Shown here: positions 37,928 to 51,656 of the stretch, piece by piece | Position numbering within the stretch: position 1 is the stretch's first letter | Layout of the letters: the number at the start of each line of letters is the position of its first letter | DNA from: Octopus vulgaris | Taxonomy: Eukaryota | Assembly: GCA_951406725.2 (NCBI GenBank) | Contig: OX597831.1 | Span: 69,688,001-69,752,000 of the forward strand | Direction: 5' to 3' | DNA: 64,000 nucleotides | The notes under the pieces: generated by a model | Databases searched by the model: none | What the model was told of the DNA's origin: nothing | Seen by the model: only the letters and a program-made list of their open reading frames with translations | Position numbers and translations under genes: made by a program

Positions 37928-38093
37928 TACGGAGATGTACTTGCATAGCGAGTGACTTGATCTGAGATTGTGTGCTGGAACGAAAACAATTGCAGCATGG
38001 AAGGTGTTTGTAAGCCATTTAAGAAACACACAAATCTAACGGTTTTGTGTGTTTCTTAAATGGCTCATAAACACCTTCCATGCTGCAATTGTT
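37928..38093. repeat. Hairpin-containing insertion flanked by a 12-bp direct repeat
   Basis: IR aacaattgcagcatggaaggtgttt...acacacaaa / tttgtgtgt...aaacaccttccatgctgcaattgtt; ttgattacttat at 37916-37927 and 38092-38103. Confidence 0.75.
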
Positions 38094-38483
38094 GATTACT
38101 TATATTCTAGTTTAATGTCAGTGAGGGTGAGGGAGAGTGAGGTAAAAAAAAATCAATGAAACAAGACAGAAAGAGAAAGGAAACAAGAAAGAAGGAGAGG
38201 AAGGGGGGAAAGGAGTAATAGATTATTGTTTTGAAAGTAAGAGAGGTTGAACTATGAGAGCATAGGTGTCACAAAGAAAGAAAGAATGTCAAATATCAAA
38301 TACTTTAAGAATTATTAATGGATCTTGGGTGTTGTTAATTATCAATATGTACTGAGCCTGATTTATTAAAAACGCACATGCAGACACACACACACACACA
38401 AAATACATGTGCAAGTTGAACATGTGGACATGTGTGTGCAAGTGCATATGTGTGAGTTTGTACCTAAAGTCATATTTATATGT

Positions 38484-38703
38484 CCTTTCGTTACTGTATT
38501 TATTTTGAGATGTTCTGTGTTTCTTTCAATTACTTTAAATATAACAAAGAATTTAGTAAAATAACTTAGTTATCTTTCAGCTAGTGTTGGGAACATAAAT
38601 TGTGACTAAGGTTCGGTGGAAAATTTTAGTTAAAACCTTAAGAAAACAAGACAATTGTACAACAGAGCCAGAGCCGGTTTCAGCCAGGTTGGTAACAAAA
38701 GGG
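38484..38703. mobile_element. piggyBac-type MITE (same family as 7738-8187)
   Basis: Ends ...gtaacaaaaggg|ttaa; body matches 7740-8185 in reverse. Confidence 0.7.
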
Positions 38704-38959
38704 TTAATGGTCATATAGATTGTCAAGCCATGAAATTAGAGCCTGTAATTAAAACCACAACAGCTTGAAGTGAGGATCAAACAATCTTTCTACATATTCA
38801 TTACCCTTTCCATTCAAGTTGCCAAATCTAATTAGTGACGAACAATATTTAAAATGTAAACAAAATTATGAGTAGTACAACTTCATTTGCATAAGATTAC
38901 AAGATTGTTGGGTGAGATTAAATAACTAGGAGTACTAATGTAGTATGAGCTATGAATAC

Positions 38960-39014
<55 letters not shown>

Positions 39015-39082
39015 CACACACAAACACACACAGACACACATCTATCTATCTATCTATCTGTCTATCTATCTATCTATATATA

Positions 39083-39115
<33 letters not shown>

Positions 39116-39494
39116 CTCTCTCTCTATATATATATAGAGAGAGAGAGAGAAAGAGAGAGAGAGATGCAGATAAATACAAGCTGACCTGACACAAATACAC
39201 ATATATTTATATAGATACATATAACAACATATATTGATAAAGATAAACACATATATACATAAAGAATAAAATGTATTGAATGACACAACAATGCACTATA
39301 ATAACAACGATGGGTGATAATAACTGTTGTAATTTAATCATCCATAGTCTGATATGATATTTCAGAATAAAAATTCCTTCTTTGGATATCCCTAGGAATT
39401 GATGGAGTCGCTGCTATAACTGGTTTTCCAACAGCTTTCCCTCTCTCTTTCAGAGAGGCACTGAGCACCTACACACACACATACACACACGGCA

Positions 39495-39640
39495 GTAACT
39501 TCCGCCTACCGAATTCAATCACAAAGCTTCGGTCGACTCAGGGCTATAGCAGAAGACACCTGCCCAAAGTGTCACGCAGTGGGACTGAACCCGAAACCAT
39601 GTAGCTAGGAAGCAAGCTCCCTAACCACACAGCCATGCCC
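39495..39640 (-). mobile_element. SINE family A, 5' part
   Basis: gggactgaacccgaaaccatg...accacacagcc. Confidence 0.8.
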
Positions 39641-39656
39641 TAGGATATTTCAATGT

Positions 39657-39968
39657 AGGGTACTCAGAAGAGAATGCCTAGTTTCTTAACACAAAAGTCG
39701 TTTCAGGAAGTTCAGAATTACATAATAATCATAATTAGCAGATGGAATGTGCAAAATGTCTTGGGTATGCAACCCTTCATCAAGAGAAAATTGATTAAGG
39801 GAGCTGGAATTATAGCAATATGTCAGTGTGACTATTTACTGGTTGTGTACCCAAGACTTTTTATACATTCCATCTGGAAATTATGAGCATTATGATAATT
39901 ATGTATTTGCAAGCTTCCTGAAACAGCTGTTAAGTTATGAAACTGTGTATTCTCTTCTTAATACCCAG
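39657..39968. repeat. Diverged fold-back with HHR half-site
   Basis: 39657-39775 pairs with 39840-39968; right arm carries gaaacagctgtt. Confidence 0.6.
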
Positions 39969-40076
39969 TACCTTTTATGCTCTATGTAATTATATTTCTC
40001 TTTGTGTGTGTGTATATATATATATTTATACACATATATATATATACATACACATTCACATATATATATGTACACA

Positions 40077-40154
<78 letters not shown>

Positions 40155-40712
40155 CAGGCATGGCTGTGTGGTATGAAGCTTGCTTCTTGGCCACATAGTT
40201 TTGGGCTCAGTCCCACTGAGTGGCACCTTGAGCAAGTGTTTTCTACTATAGCCTTGAGCAGACCAAAGCCTTGTTTACGGAAACTGAATGAACCCCATCA
40301 TATATATATATATATATATATATTTATGTGTATGGTGTGTGGTGAGGCAAATCGTTGCTAAACCCTTAATTACTTAGTATATATATATGTGTATATATCT
40401 GTGTGTGTGTATGTCTTTGTGTTTGTGTTTGTACTTCCATCACTGCTTGATAACCAGTATTGGTGTGTTTATGTCCCAGTAATGTAGTGGTTCATCAAAA
40501 GAGTACCTGGGCAATTGTCTTCCACTATAGCCTTGGGCCAACCAAAGCTTCGTGAGTGGATTTAGTTGATAGATGCGGAAAGAAGCCCCAGAGACTGATA
40601 GAATAAGTACTAGGCTTAAAAGATAAGTTCTGAGGTCTATTTGTTTGACTTAAACCCCTCAGGGCAGTGCTCCAGGATGGCCGCGGTCAAATGACTGAAA
40701 CAAGTAAAAGAA
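40155..40712 (+). mobile_element. SINE family A (diverged, with inserts)
   Basis: Head ggcatggctgtgtggt, tail aaatgactgaaacaagtaaaag. Confidence 0.75.
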
Positions 40713-40812
40713 CACTGCTATGTGTTTTCCATACTGAGCATATCTAGTTCTAGCCCATTATTTTTACACACACACACACAGTCATTATATTATTATTATT
40801 ATTATTATTATT

Positions 40813-41366
40813 GAGTGAGAGAGCAGTGCATGCCATCAAAGTGACACTGGGGTAAAATATACGAAGCCCAGTATACCCATCATGACTACCCGTCTGATAA
40901 AGGTACACCAGGCACATGCATCACAACCACATGTGCGCGACATGGTGATCTCATATCAAGATAAACAGCACATGACCTTGCAGGTGGGGCCCAGTTAGAA
41001 TTTTCTTCAGGTTGAGTAGCCCATCCTGCTCAAAAGGTCCCTGAATAAGTGTTGCTTTAGGATGTTGAACGAAACACCTATGTTTCCAGAGGTGAACCAT
41101 TCAAACCCCAAAGAATCCCTCTCAACACATGGCCATGATGCTCCCCCACTACTTCTGCTCGTGATCAGAGATGCACATATCGTCAGCCACTAAGGGACAT
41201 GCTCAACTGGTTAAGGTCAAACAACTGACAAGCAAATCTGTGGTATTGAACAGAATATTTGCTGTAGCCCATCTTTTATACCAAGACAAAACAATGTACA
41301 TGATAACACTTCCAATCAGTTAACATCAGAAGCCATGAGAGCCACTGCCTGGTACTGCATCAGGGC

Positions 41367-41367
<1 letters not shown>
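40813..41367 (-). mobile_element. ~555 bp (AAT)n-targeting non-coding element, complete copy
   Basis: (ATT)n on both flanks; homologous to 20065-20597. Confidence 0.9.
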
Positions 41368-41417
<50 letters not shown>

Positions 41418-42728
41418 CATTATTATTATTTTCAATTTACGAGAAATTTAACCCTGTTGTTAATCTACAGGTGTTTTGTTCGCTTGAAGGAAGAACTGAA
41501 CTGATTCATTCCATCTTTAAAATTCACCAATGATTGCTTGCTTCTACCAAACCTAAGAAGTGAAGAAATGCTTATTGAAACAAAACTAGTTTAACCATTG
41601 CTCTTTAATGAGACTAAATATATTGTTATCAAAACCTACACATGTGCTTCTGTATACACACTTATTCATAAACTACATTATATTGGTACCCAAGTTTATT
41701 TCAGGAATGTCATATCTAATTTCAAATGCGTTTTCTTTTTCTATATTTTTCACTGCATTGAGATAAATGGGAAATTTTTATTAATTCATTTTCCAATATG
41801 GTAATATATATAATGGAAACATATCTTAGAATTACAATAAAGACAACAGTTTATTGCAGGTTTCATGCTTGTATCAAGAAATCTCATGTATTTTCAAGTT
41901 ACTGAAACCAAGAAAATATTGGTAAACCAATCGTCCATATAATTCCAGCATGGATGTATGTAATGCGAGATTATTATAAAATAGAGTACCCAGACATTGA
42001 TTAAATTTAGTGGATGTTATATATATGTAGATTAGATAGTTTGAATTTAAATCCGGTTAGCCATGTGACTTGTTTCAAAACTTTCTAATCTTCAAAAAAG
42101 AAACTTTTCAGATTTTTCAATAAGGTATATTATAATCTTGTTATCTTTTAAATCAGTTCCAATAGATACTAAGAATTGTTTCAGCTCTGTTAATGGATAT
42201 TATTTGGAAAGATTGTTATGGTTCAATCAGTCAAAATGGTTGAGTCAGTTAGTTACTTGCTTAGCAATAAATGGAAAGTATAGCAGTTAATGTTTGATAT
42301 TTAGCATTGCACCATGTCTACAGGGAGAAAACTAAACCAGTGGCATGACTAGTCCATATAACTATAAAGATTATCCACTTTTGCCATTGAATGAAAATAT
42401 TTGATATTGGGGTGAGGGTGAATGTGGAAATAATAAGGACAGTTTGAGGGTAAATTCCTGCTGCTGGTGACATTAGTTGAGAGGAAATAGTTCCTCTAGC
42501 TTTAGCTCATCGCTTTTATTCAAAGTATAATGTGAATGAAATTTAAGGTTTTCTTATGACCATTTTTATCAATGGTGCAGACATGGCTGTGTGGTAAGGA
42601 ATTTGTTTTCAAAACAGTTTCGGGTTTGGTTTCACTGCATGGCACCTTGAGCAAATATTTTCTGTTATAGGTCTGAGCCAACCAAAACTTAGTAAGTGGA
42701 TTTAGTAGATAGAAATTGAAAAGGCAGC

Positions 42729-42955
42729 AAGCTGGCAGAATTGTTAGCATGCCAGGCGAAATGCTTAGCTGTATTTCGTCTGCCGATACGGTCTGAGTTC
42801 AAATTCCGCCGAGGTCGACTTAGACTTACATCCTTTTGGGGTCACTTAAATAAGAATCAGTTATGTACTAGGGTCGATGTAATCGACTTAATCCCTTTGT
42901 CTGTCCTTGTTTGTCCCCTCTATGTTTAGCCCCTTGTGAGCAGTAAAGAAATAAG
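42729..42955 (+). mobile_element. SINE family B (after a family A head at 42575-42725)
   Basis: gctggcagaattgttagc...gagttcaaattccgccgaggtcgac. Confidence 0.85.
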
Positions 42956-43374
42956 AAATTGAAAAACAGCATATCATGTGTGTGTGTGTGTGTGTGTGCA
43001 TGTATTTGTGTCTCCTTGACTTGACCTCATTTGACAGTTGTAAATGAATATCACCATCATACAAGCAGTGTTCTTCATTTCCAATCTTCTGTGAAGAAAC
43101 ATGTCCAGCCATCAGAAAATATTTCCTTGCCTGGATACAGGTAAAGAAAATCTGGTCAGATAAAATCCACCTCAACAACTTCTCTTTCTCCACTTTTTAA
43201 GTGGACGTTAAAACAAGGATGACAACGAAAGCTAATTTTATAAGAGGAAAGTGTGTGCAGTCCAGTGAACCATTGACTTGATATTACTTACCAATGCTGT
43301 TTCTATTGGCACCTGAAACTCTAAGGCATTTGTATAGTCTGACACTTAATCCATCATGGCATAATTTTACTATC

Positions 43375-43577
43375 TTTTATTTCTTATTTGTTTCAGTCAT
43401 TAGACTATGGCCATGCTGGGGCACCATCTTGAATTTTTAGTTGAATGAGTTAACTCCAGTGGGTTTTTTTAAAGCCTAGTACTTCTTCTATCAGTCACTT
43501 TTGCTGAACTACTAAATTATGGGGATGTAACCACACCAAGTGGTAGTGGGAGACAAACACAGACACAAACATACACA

Positions 43578-43617
<40 letters not shown>

Positions 43618-43995
43618 ATCCAAACATGAAAACACAAAGAGAAAACACAACAATGCGAGGATGTGGAACAAGTATAGTATTATTGGACGCTCAGGAAAGA
43701 AGGAAAGAAGGAGAGTTTTACGTTTCGAGCAGAGCTCTTCGTCAGAAACATAAGAAAAGGAAAGATCCAAAGAAGGGAAGACGGAGGAGAAAAAATCGCC
43801 AACGGTACACACATGGTTACATATATATACGATGGGCTTCTTTCTATTTCCTTCAGCCAAATCCACTGATAACGCTTTGGTTGGCCAAAAGCTATAGTAA
43901 AAGATGCTTACTCAAGTTTCCATGCAGTGGATCTTAAATCAGATCCTGTGGTTAGGAAGCAAACTTTTTACCACACAGTCACACCAGCACTTACC
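43375..43995 (-). mobile_element. SINE family A carrying a PLE-type tail (43615-43820) inside its (TA)n tract
   Basis: SINE halves at 43375-43580 and 43820-43995 flank the insert. Confidence 0.75.
43715..43749 (-). ncRNA. Minimal type I hammerhead ribozyme motif (intact core)
   Basis: Minus gttt-CTGACGA-a-gagc-tct-gctc-GAAAC-GTA-aaac: both stems pair and the core boxes are intact. Confidence 0.75.
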
Positions 43996-44684
43996 TTTAT
44001 ATTTGGAGAATCATTTTTTTTCAGGTAAATCATGAGAGTAGTTTATTATGTTGCATCTATTCATTTGTGCTGAAAAGTTTTGAAGACAGTTTAGCAGCCT
44101 TTAGCATTCTTTCTATTAACCTCTTGGAGACGAAATGGAAAATCTTTTCAAAGTTAATGTAACTTACAATATCGAAGCTGTTGCATTGAAAGTGGTTGTT
44201 GTTGAGGTTGGCTGTGTGATCAAACAAAGCAAGGTTTGCAATTATTCCAACCATGGCCATCACATATTTTTCCAGACGTTATATCTTTAGGTCTACAGTA
44301 ACCAATGTTTTATTCCAATTCAAGTCATAAAAAAAAGATTTGGCTACTATTTCTAGTTGGTCAAACAAGCTTTCGTAGTTGCTCTTTGCAGCTTAATGCC
44401 AATCTAACTATCAACCATACATCTTTGCCATGAAATGGCCACTGGTGTCTATTTAAACCTGTCCTTACCTTACTATTGTGAGATCTGTATTTTGAACCTG
44501 GTAGTTAGTATCTTAGCTCTTAATATCACAAGTATGATATAATTTAAGAATAATGTTTTACGAAGATTCCATAAAGGCAATTTTTGTGGTTACTAAATTT
44601 GCTTAGTACATTGTACGTATTTGTAAGAAATGCTAAAGCAAAAATGATATGATAACAAAAATAATGGTAATAATAATACTGATG

Positions 44685-44730
<46 letters not shown>

Positions 44731-46477
44731 TAATAAAAACTACAATATATCTGTTCTAAGTGTGTTTTAGTCCACTACTATTACATTTCTGTGGAACAGA
44801 TTGTGGTAGATATTGAAGACAATGCAATAAAGTAATTATTCTGAAATTGTATTCTGTCCTGTAGGAATATACAACTTGAATTCTTTTATTGATTCACTGT
44901 GGAATCTACTCGACACTGCTTTTGATGTTACCAATGTATTTTCCCCTATCTTAACTTGATAAATAACTTGAATAACCAGACAAATTTCTGAATTAAAGGA
45001 ATAATATGCAAGTGCATATATATTGTGAGTGTATATATATATATGTGTGTGTATGTATGCATGTATGTATATATATGTGTGTGTGGATATACACACATGC
45101 ATGTATGTACATAAAAAGATAGGTACACAGATAGATTAATGGATACATATGTATATATATATGCATGCATATATACACATATGTGTAAATATATGTGTGT
45201 ATGTATATAAATCCAAAATTCTCTGTATATGTGTACATAATTGTATACATACAAGAAGCATATTTCTCATTTACTAAGCATTTGTATCTGTTCTTTATTT
45301 TGTGAGAGGGGGGAGAGGGGGAGTGAAAGGGAGTGAGGGGAAGAGAGGGGGAGGGAATAAATAGTTCTGTATTTTGGCTTGATTTAGCTTGATTTAGTTT
45401 TATTTCATTTATCTCCCTATTCCCCTCACTACTAAAAAAAAATTCCAAATCCTATTTACTGTGGAAAGCTAACAAGATTTCATGTTGGCACTAGTCTACG
45501 GTAACACATACTGTCACAGATACGAATAGAAATAACATTATCTACACATTTTATCTAAGATAAGGTTGTTCTTGCTGTTGCTGTTGGAACTTCTGCAGTT
45601 GTTTTGTTTGTTTTGTAGATTGTTTTTTCAAAAGAATCTAAAGTTTTTATTCAGTAAATGATTTAATGCATATAAGTATATTATCAAATTAGACAAATAC
45701 TTGAAAATTTGTCTTTTATAACTTGAAAGAATAATTACAGTCCCATTATTTCTAGAAGTAGCATACTGTCGACTGAATGGGTATGATTTATGTTATTGAT
45801 AAATCATCATCGTTATTTCTGTTTTCATATTTGTTATTTCCTAGATGGCCTGCATTGGATGAGGTTTCTTGAAGCTGTATTGTGGCCAGATGTCTTTTCC
45901 AATATCAAACCTTATTTGATTGTAATTAAGGAACTGTATTCCATTGGTCTTTGCATGGCACTTCACCAAGTTAAGGAATTCACTGTTTATGAGAGATAAA
46001 CCAACATTACCACTGTCTGAGTGCTGGCAATGCAATAATAATGGAGAGAGTGCAATATATCATTCTCCACCTGATAAGATTCAGCCCTGCATGTCGCTGT
46101 ATGCTCTATGGGTCTTCAGCAAGATGCAGACACTATATAATTAGAAAGAGGTATTTGTTGGTCATGCCATGTCATTTAGCCAACTACCTACATGTCATAG
46201 GATGGCTTAATCACTGAGGATCAGGTGTTACACTACAACAACAGACATAAGTCATTAAGAATGTCTCTTCGTGTTCTTTCAGCCCACTAGAAATAGCCAT
46301 CAAACTTAACTCAAATAAAACTGCACATTACATAATGTAGTCTTACATATACCTAAAAAGAAGTTGAAACTGTCATGGCTGGAATATCTTTGATCATACA
46401 CTGGCTCAGTTTAGATTGACCTGGAATTAAACAACAAATAACACTCCAGTCACATACATGTGTCTTCAGATCCCCAG

Positions 46478-46521
<44 letters not shown>

Positions 46522-46555
46522 TATATTTATATATATATGTATTTATATATATATG

Positions 46556-46630
<75 letters not shown>

Positions 46631-47503
46631 CAGGGTGTGGTGAATAAGCTGTCGTCTAAATTATGCAAAAATGAAAATAACACTGATATCTCATATTAAC
46701 AGGTATATTTACCAAAATTACATAAAAATATCGTGAAATACTAAGGAGTAGATTTATTCAATAAAATTGCCATTGGCTTCAACCACGGCCTACAGACGAC
46801 TTCGGAATCCCCTGCAACTCTTCTGGACAGTCTCTTGTCTAATTTGGTGTATGCTGCCATAATCCTTGCCTTCAGTTCATCTTTGGTGTTACGAGGAATT
46901 TTATTGGTCCCTTGCTCAACTGTGCCTCACATATGATAATCAAGGGGGTTGCAGTCTGGGTAATTATGTGGCCAGATGTTAGGGGGGGATGTGGTCACAG
47001 AAATTGTCTGACAGCCATGACTGGGTTCTCCTGCTTGTGTGGCATGGTGTAAAGTCCTGTTGCCAGACATAAGGTCTTCCAGTGGTCACCCTCTTGACAC
47101 AGGGCAGCACTACCTTCTCCAGGCACTTGATATAGGCCTCCGTGTGAGTTTGAGGCCATGTGGGAAGAAGAATGGAGCCTTAACGTCACCTTCACTAGTG
47201 ATCATTCCAAACACCATGATGCTGACTGGATGTTTGATTTTTATCACTCTTGGTACATGTCCTCAAATTGCACTGTCCTTAGATTGACACACAAATACTC
47301 TGAAATGGTCATACTGGAGCTTCCAGTGTGAATGCCAAATAGTAGAGAATGTCATTTCCAAATTTCTGTCATGATGCTGGTTTTCTCACAGATGGTGCCC
47401 AACTGACCCTACTATACTGTTTAGTCAACAAAGTAAAAAAAAAACAATAGGCATGTACAAAATTAAAAATATAAAATGGTGACAATTTACCCATTACACC
47501 CTG
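46631..47503 (-). mobile_element. Tc1/mariner (maT/DD37D-like) element, internally deleted, both TIRs and TA TSD
   Basis: TA|cagggtgtggtgaataa...ttacccattacaccctg|TA; minus frames KHPVSIMVFGMITSEG and WPHNYPDCNPLDY. Confidence 0.88.
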
Positions 47504-48801
47504 TATATATATATATTCATCCAAACACTCATAATAAATTCCTTTGGAATTCTTTCCCTATTTACATCCACATTTAAAATGGGCAAGAGGCAGTTAAGGA
47601 AGGTGCTCAACTTAGAAATGTTTGTAAATTAGTTATGTTAGTTAATGAAAATGTGTTATCCTTTCATTCTTTATATGACAAAATCTAAAAGAATGTAGAT
47701 TAAATTGAAAATATATTAACAGAAATCTATTTAAAGCTTAACATTGGGACTTGAAGGTTGTGAGCTTTCACCTCAATGGGGCCAATGAAATAATTTTAGC
47801 AGTATGTAGCAACTATCCACACACACACATATGTGTGTGTGTGTGTGCATACTTTCATACATATACACATACATACATACATGCATACATACATACACAT
47901 GCATACATACATACATACATACATACATACAAGTGTTAGGGCTGATTTACTCAATTAAATCCTTTAAGGTGGTGCCCCAGCATGGCCACAGACTAGTGAT
48001 TGAAACAAGTAAAAGATGAAAGGTATACATACATACTGACAGACAACTTATTTTTTTAGATGGTCATGTGTTAACTGTAATGATCCACAAGTCAATCTTG
48101 TTCTCACAATCTATGGGTCTCTGTGTTTTTTATTCAAGTGTTAATAAACCCAGTACACAGTATTAGAGGATCAATTCAATCCTTTAGACCTTATTTTCTA
48201 TTGAAAATTAAAAGAAATTTACAGTCTGCCTTATAAAATAAAGATCAGCAATTCATTAGGTGTTCTAGCTTAGCCATTATCCAGGGTTAACTTTGCCTTT
48301 CATCCTTTCGGAGACAATAAAATAAGTACCAGTTAAGTACTGGGGTCAATTCAGTCAACTTATCCCCTCCCCTGAAATTACTGGCCTTGTGCCAAAGTGC
48401 AAAACCTTTATTTGTAATTGAAATATGCTTCTCCTTCCTATCTCATACACACTTCTTGAATTTTATTTCCATATGGCAAAGATTTAGTTTTCATCAGATG
48501 CAATTAAAATTTACACTAAGTGAATTCAGACACACTGGGAGCACTGTATTGTTTTGTTAAGCATGACAAAATCTAAAACATTTTATTTGAAGATTTTTAG
48601 CACATCTCTATGAAAAATATATAATTTTCTCAAATTTGTTTTATTTTGGTTTTTATCTATCCTGTTATTTACTATTAAACCTTACATTAAATCCCTCTCT
48701 CTGTCTTCTTCTTTATTCCCAACATTTTTCTCTCCCTCTCAGTGCACATTCACACACATCCATGTACAATTCTGCTGTAATATATATCAAACTATATATT
48801 A

Positions 48802-49032
48802 CAGGCGGTGAGCTGGTAGAAACGTTAGCACACCGGGCGAAATGCATAGCCGTATTTCGTCTGTCGTTACGTTCTGAGTTCAAATTCTGCCGAGGTCGAC
48901 TTTGCCTTTCATCCTTTCGGGGTCGATAAATTAAGTACCAGTTACGCACTGGGGTCGATGTAATTGACTTAATCATTTGTCTGTCCTTGTTTGTCCCCTC
49001 TATGTTTAGCCCCTTGTGGGTAGTAAAGAAAT
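48802..49032 (+). mobile_element. SINE family B, full length
   Basis: ggcggtgagctggtagaaacgttagc...gtgggtagtaaagaaata. Confidence 0.9.
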
Positions 49033-50349
49033 ATATATATCAAACTATTTTCTATAGCCGATACATGGTTGACACCTATAAGCTTAAAACTTGTAATTAT
49101 TATTTACAGAATATATATGTGTGTGTGTTTGTGTTTGTGTGCGTGTATGCGTGTGTGTGTGTGTGTGAGTGTGTGTGCATGTGTGCGTAACTATTGAACA
49201 ATGAAAATGGGTGCTCAACACTGCGCTGGTGGATAAAGATTCTTTATTTACGTTTTAATCCAAAATGGAGGTGAAGCATCAATTTTTGAATGTGATAGGT
49301 TTTAATAATTGTTGAAAAAGAAGAGGAGGAGGAAGAAGAAGAAGAAGAAGAAGAAGAAGAAGACACACCACCATCACCACCACCACCACCACCACTATCA
49401 TCATTATCATTATTATAATTCTTCTTATTATTATTAGATCTGGACAAATTAACATATAAGCACTTCTGTGTAATTTTTGCTAAACAGATTACGCTGAAAG
49501 CACCTTGTAATTCAACTGTTCGGACAAGCAGAGAATTGGTACATTTGACATGGTGTAATTTATAGTAAGGAAGCATAAAACAAAAGGATATTTCAGAGCA
49601 TCACCACACAAGTTTCAGTAGTGTGTCTGTTCTAAATATTAGTACAACTGTGTAACTTAACCACCATTTTGGTTATGTTACAATATGAATTTACATAATG
49701 TTACCTGTTAAGTTATGCAATTGTGCTTGCATATGGAATGAACATGCTATTGAGCATATTTAGTGAGTCTCTAAAATATCCATTTGTTTCAGTATGTTTT
49801 ATACACACACACACACATATTCTTTCTATTCCTTCCTCTCTTTCTTTCTTTCTTTCTTTCTCTTCACTTTAGTCCTCTCTCCAAATCACTTCTCTTCCTT
49901 TTCCCACTTTCTAGTGATTCTTTCTGCCTCTCTTTCCCACCCTCCCCACCCCTCATGTCTGTATCGTTCCTTCAGTGTTCTGCTTTTTTATAACCAGAAA
50001 TGACTGACAAAAGTAGAATTAATTTTTTGATCGTTCAATTTTTTCTCAACTTATTAATGGACCAGTTGAGTAAACCTGTCAATAACAAAACTATAATGAC
50101 CACTGGAAACAACTGTAAATCAAATTTACTGCAATAAAAAAAAATGTGTAATGACCATTATCTATGCCAATATATAAAAGCCAGTATAATGGGAACATGA
50201 CCATGGATATACAATATAGAATAGTAATGAACCATAACCTTGAACCCTGCCATAAGAATATGCAGAGTTCTTTGCAAATCTCCACAATATTGTGAGCCTA
50301 GTGGATTAACAAAGAGCTTATAAAATATTTTACCCAGATTGATAATCCC

Positions 50350-50403
<54 letters not shown>

Positions 50404-50437
50404 GTATATATATATATATATATAAATATATATATAT

Positions 50438-50584
50438 TGGTAAGTAGCTTGCTAACCAACCACATGGTTCCGGATTCAGTCCCACTGCATGGCATCTTGG
50501 GCAAGTGTCTTCTACTATAGCCTCGGGCCGACCAAAGCCTTGTGAGTGGATTTGGTAGACGGAAACTGAAAGAAGCCTGTCGTA

Positions 50585-50635
<51 letters not shown>

Positions 50636-50833
50636 TTGTGTGTCTGTGTTTGTCCCCCTAGCATTGCTTGACAACCGATGCTGATGTGTTTACGTCCCCG
50701 TCACTTAGCAGTTTGGCAAAAGAGACCGATAGAATAAGTACTGGGCTTACAAAGAATAAGTCCCGGGGTCGATTTGCTCGACTAAAGGCGGTGCTCCAGC
50801 ATGGCCGCAGTCAAATGACTGAAACAAGTAAAA

Positions 50834-50842
<9 letters not shown>
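50438..50842 (+). mobile_element. SINE family A
   Basis: Aligns to 1408-1800. Confidence 0.9.
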
Positions 50843-50877
<35 letters not shown>

Positions 50878-51033
50878 TAAGTAATTAAGGGTTTAGCAAC
50901 TAATTGCCTCACCACACACCGTATTTAAGTATTACTTAAACTTTCCTCGAATGAGGCTTTTACATGCCGAAATCTACTTGGTGTAATTAATGATTATTCC
51001 AAATTAATTAATTTCACCCTATATTGTTGCTGA

Positions 51034-51067
<34 letters not shown>

Positions 51068-51072
<5 letters not shown>

Positions 51073-51460
51073 AATTCAAATAAACAAGCAATTAAAAAAA
51101 AACAGACAAAAAAGAAAAAAAAAACCGAATGTGTAGACATACACAAGAGATATATTAATTTGATGCTTGGTGAAGGGAAAGAGTCGTTAATATTTAGAGC
51201 ATAGCTCTTCATTTGAAACAGTTAATTCCAAAGAGAAAAAAGGAAAAAATCTGGAAAAATTGCCAACAATCCACATGTGGTTATATTTCTGAAGTGACGT
51301 TACTTCAGAAATGTAACCACACGTGGATGATGAGCTATGCTCAAAATATTAACAACTCTCTTCCTTCACCGAGCATCAAATTAGTATATTTTTGTGCACT
51401 TCCTCACGTTCGTTTTTTTCTTCTCCATTTTTTAATTGATTGTTTATCTGAATTGACTAT
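51068..51460. repeat. Fold-back with inner near-perfect ~27 bp hairpin and decayed HHR-like motifs
   Basis: 51068-51215 pairs with 51325-51460; inner tccacatgtggttatatttctgaagtgac/gttacttcagaaatgtaaccacacgtgga. Confidence 0.8.
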
Positions 51461-51596
51461 TTACTGCATGCTCACATGGACTGGCCCTGGCCTTCCGACT
51501 GTTTTGGAGTACCTAATTATTGGATTTCTCTCTACCATTGGTTTATGTCACCTTTTTATTTATTTGGAGTATGCCATTTCTGCACCTTTGATTTTA

Positions 51597-51654
<58 letters not shown>

Positions 51655-51656
<2 letters not shown>

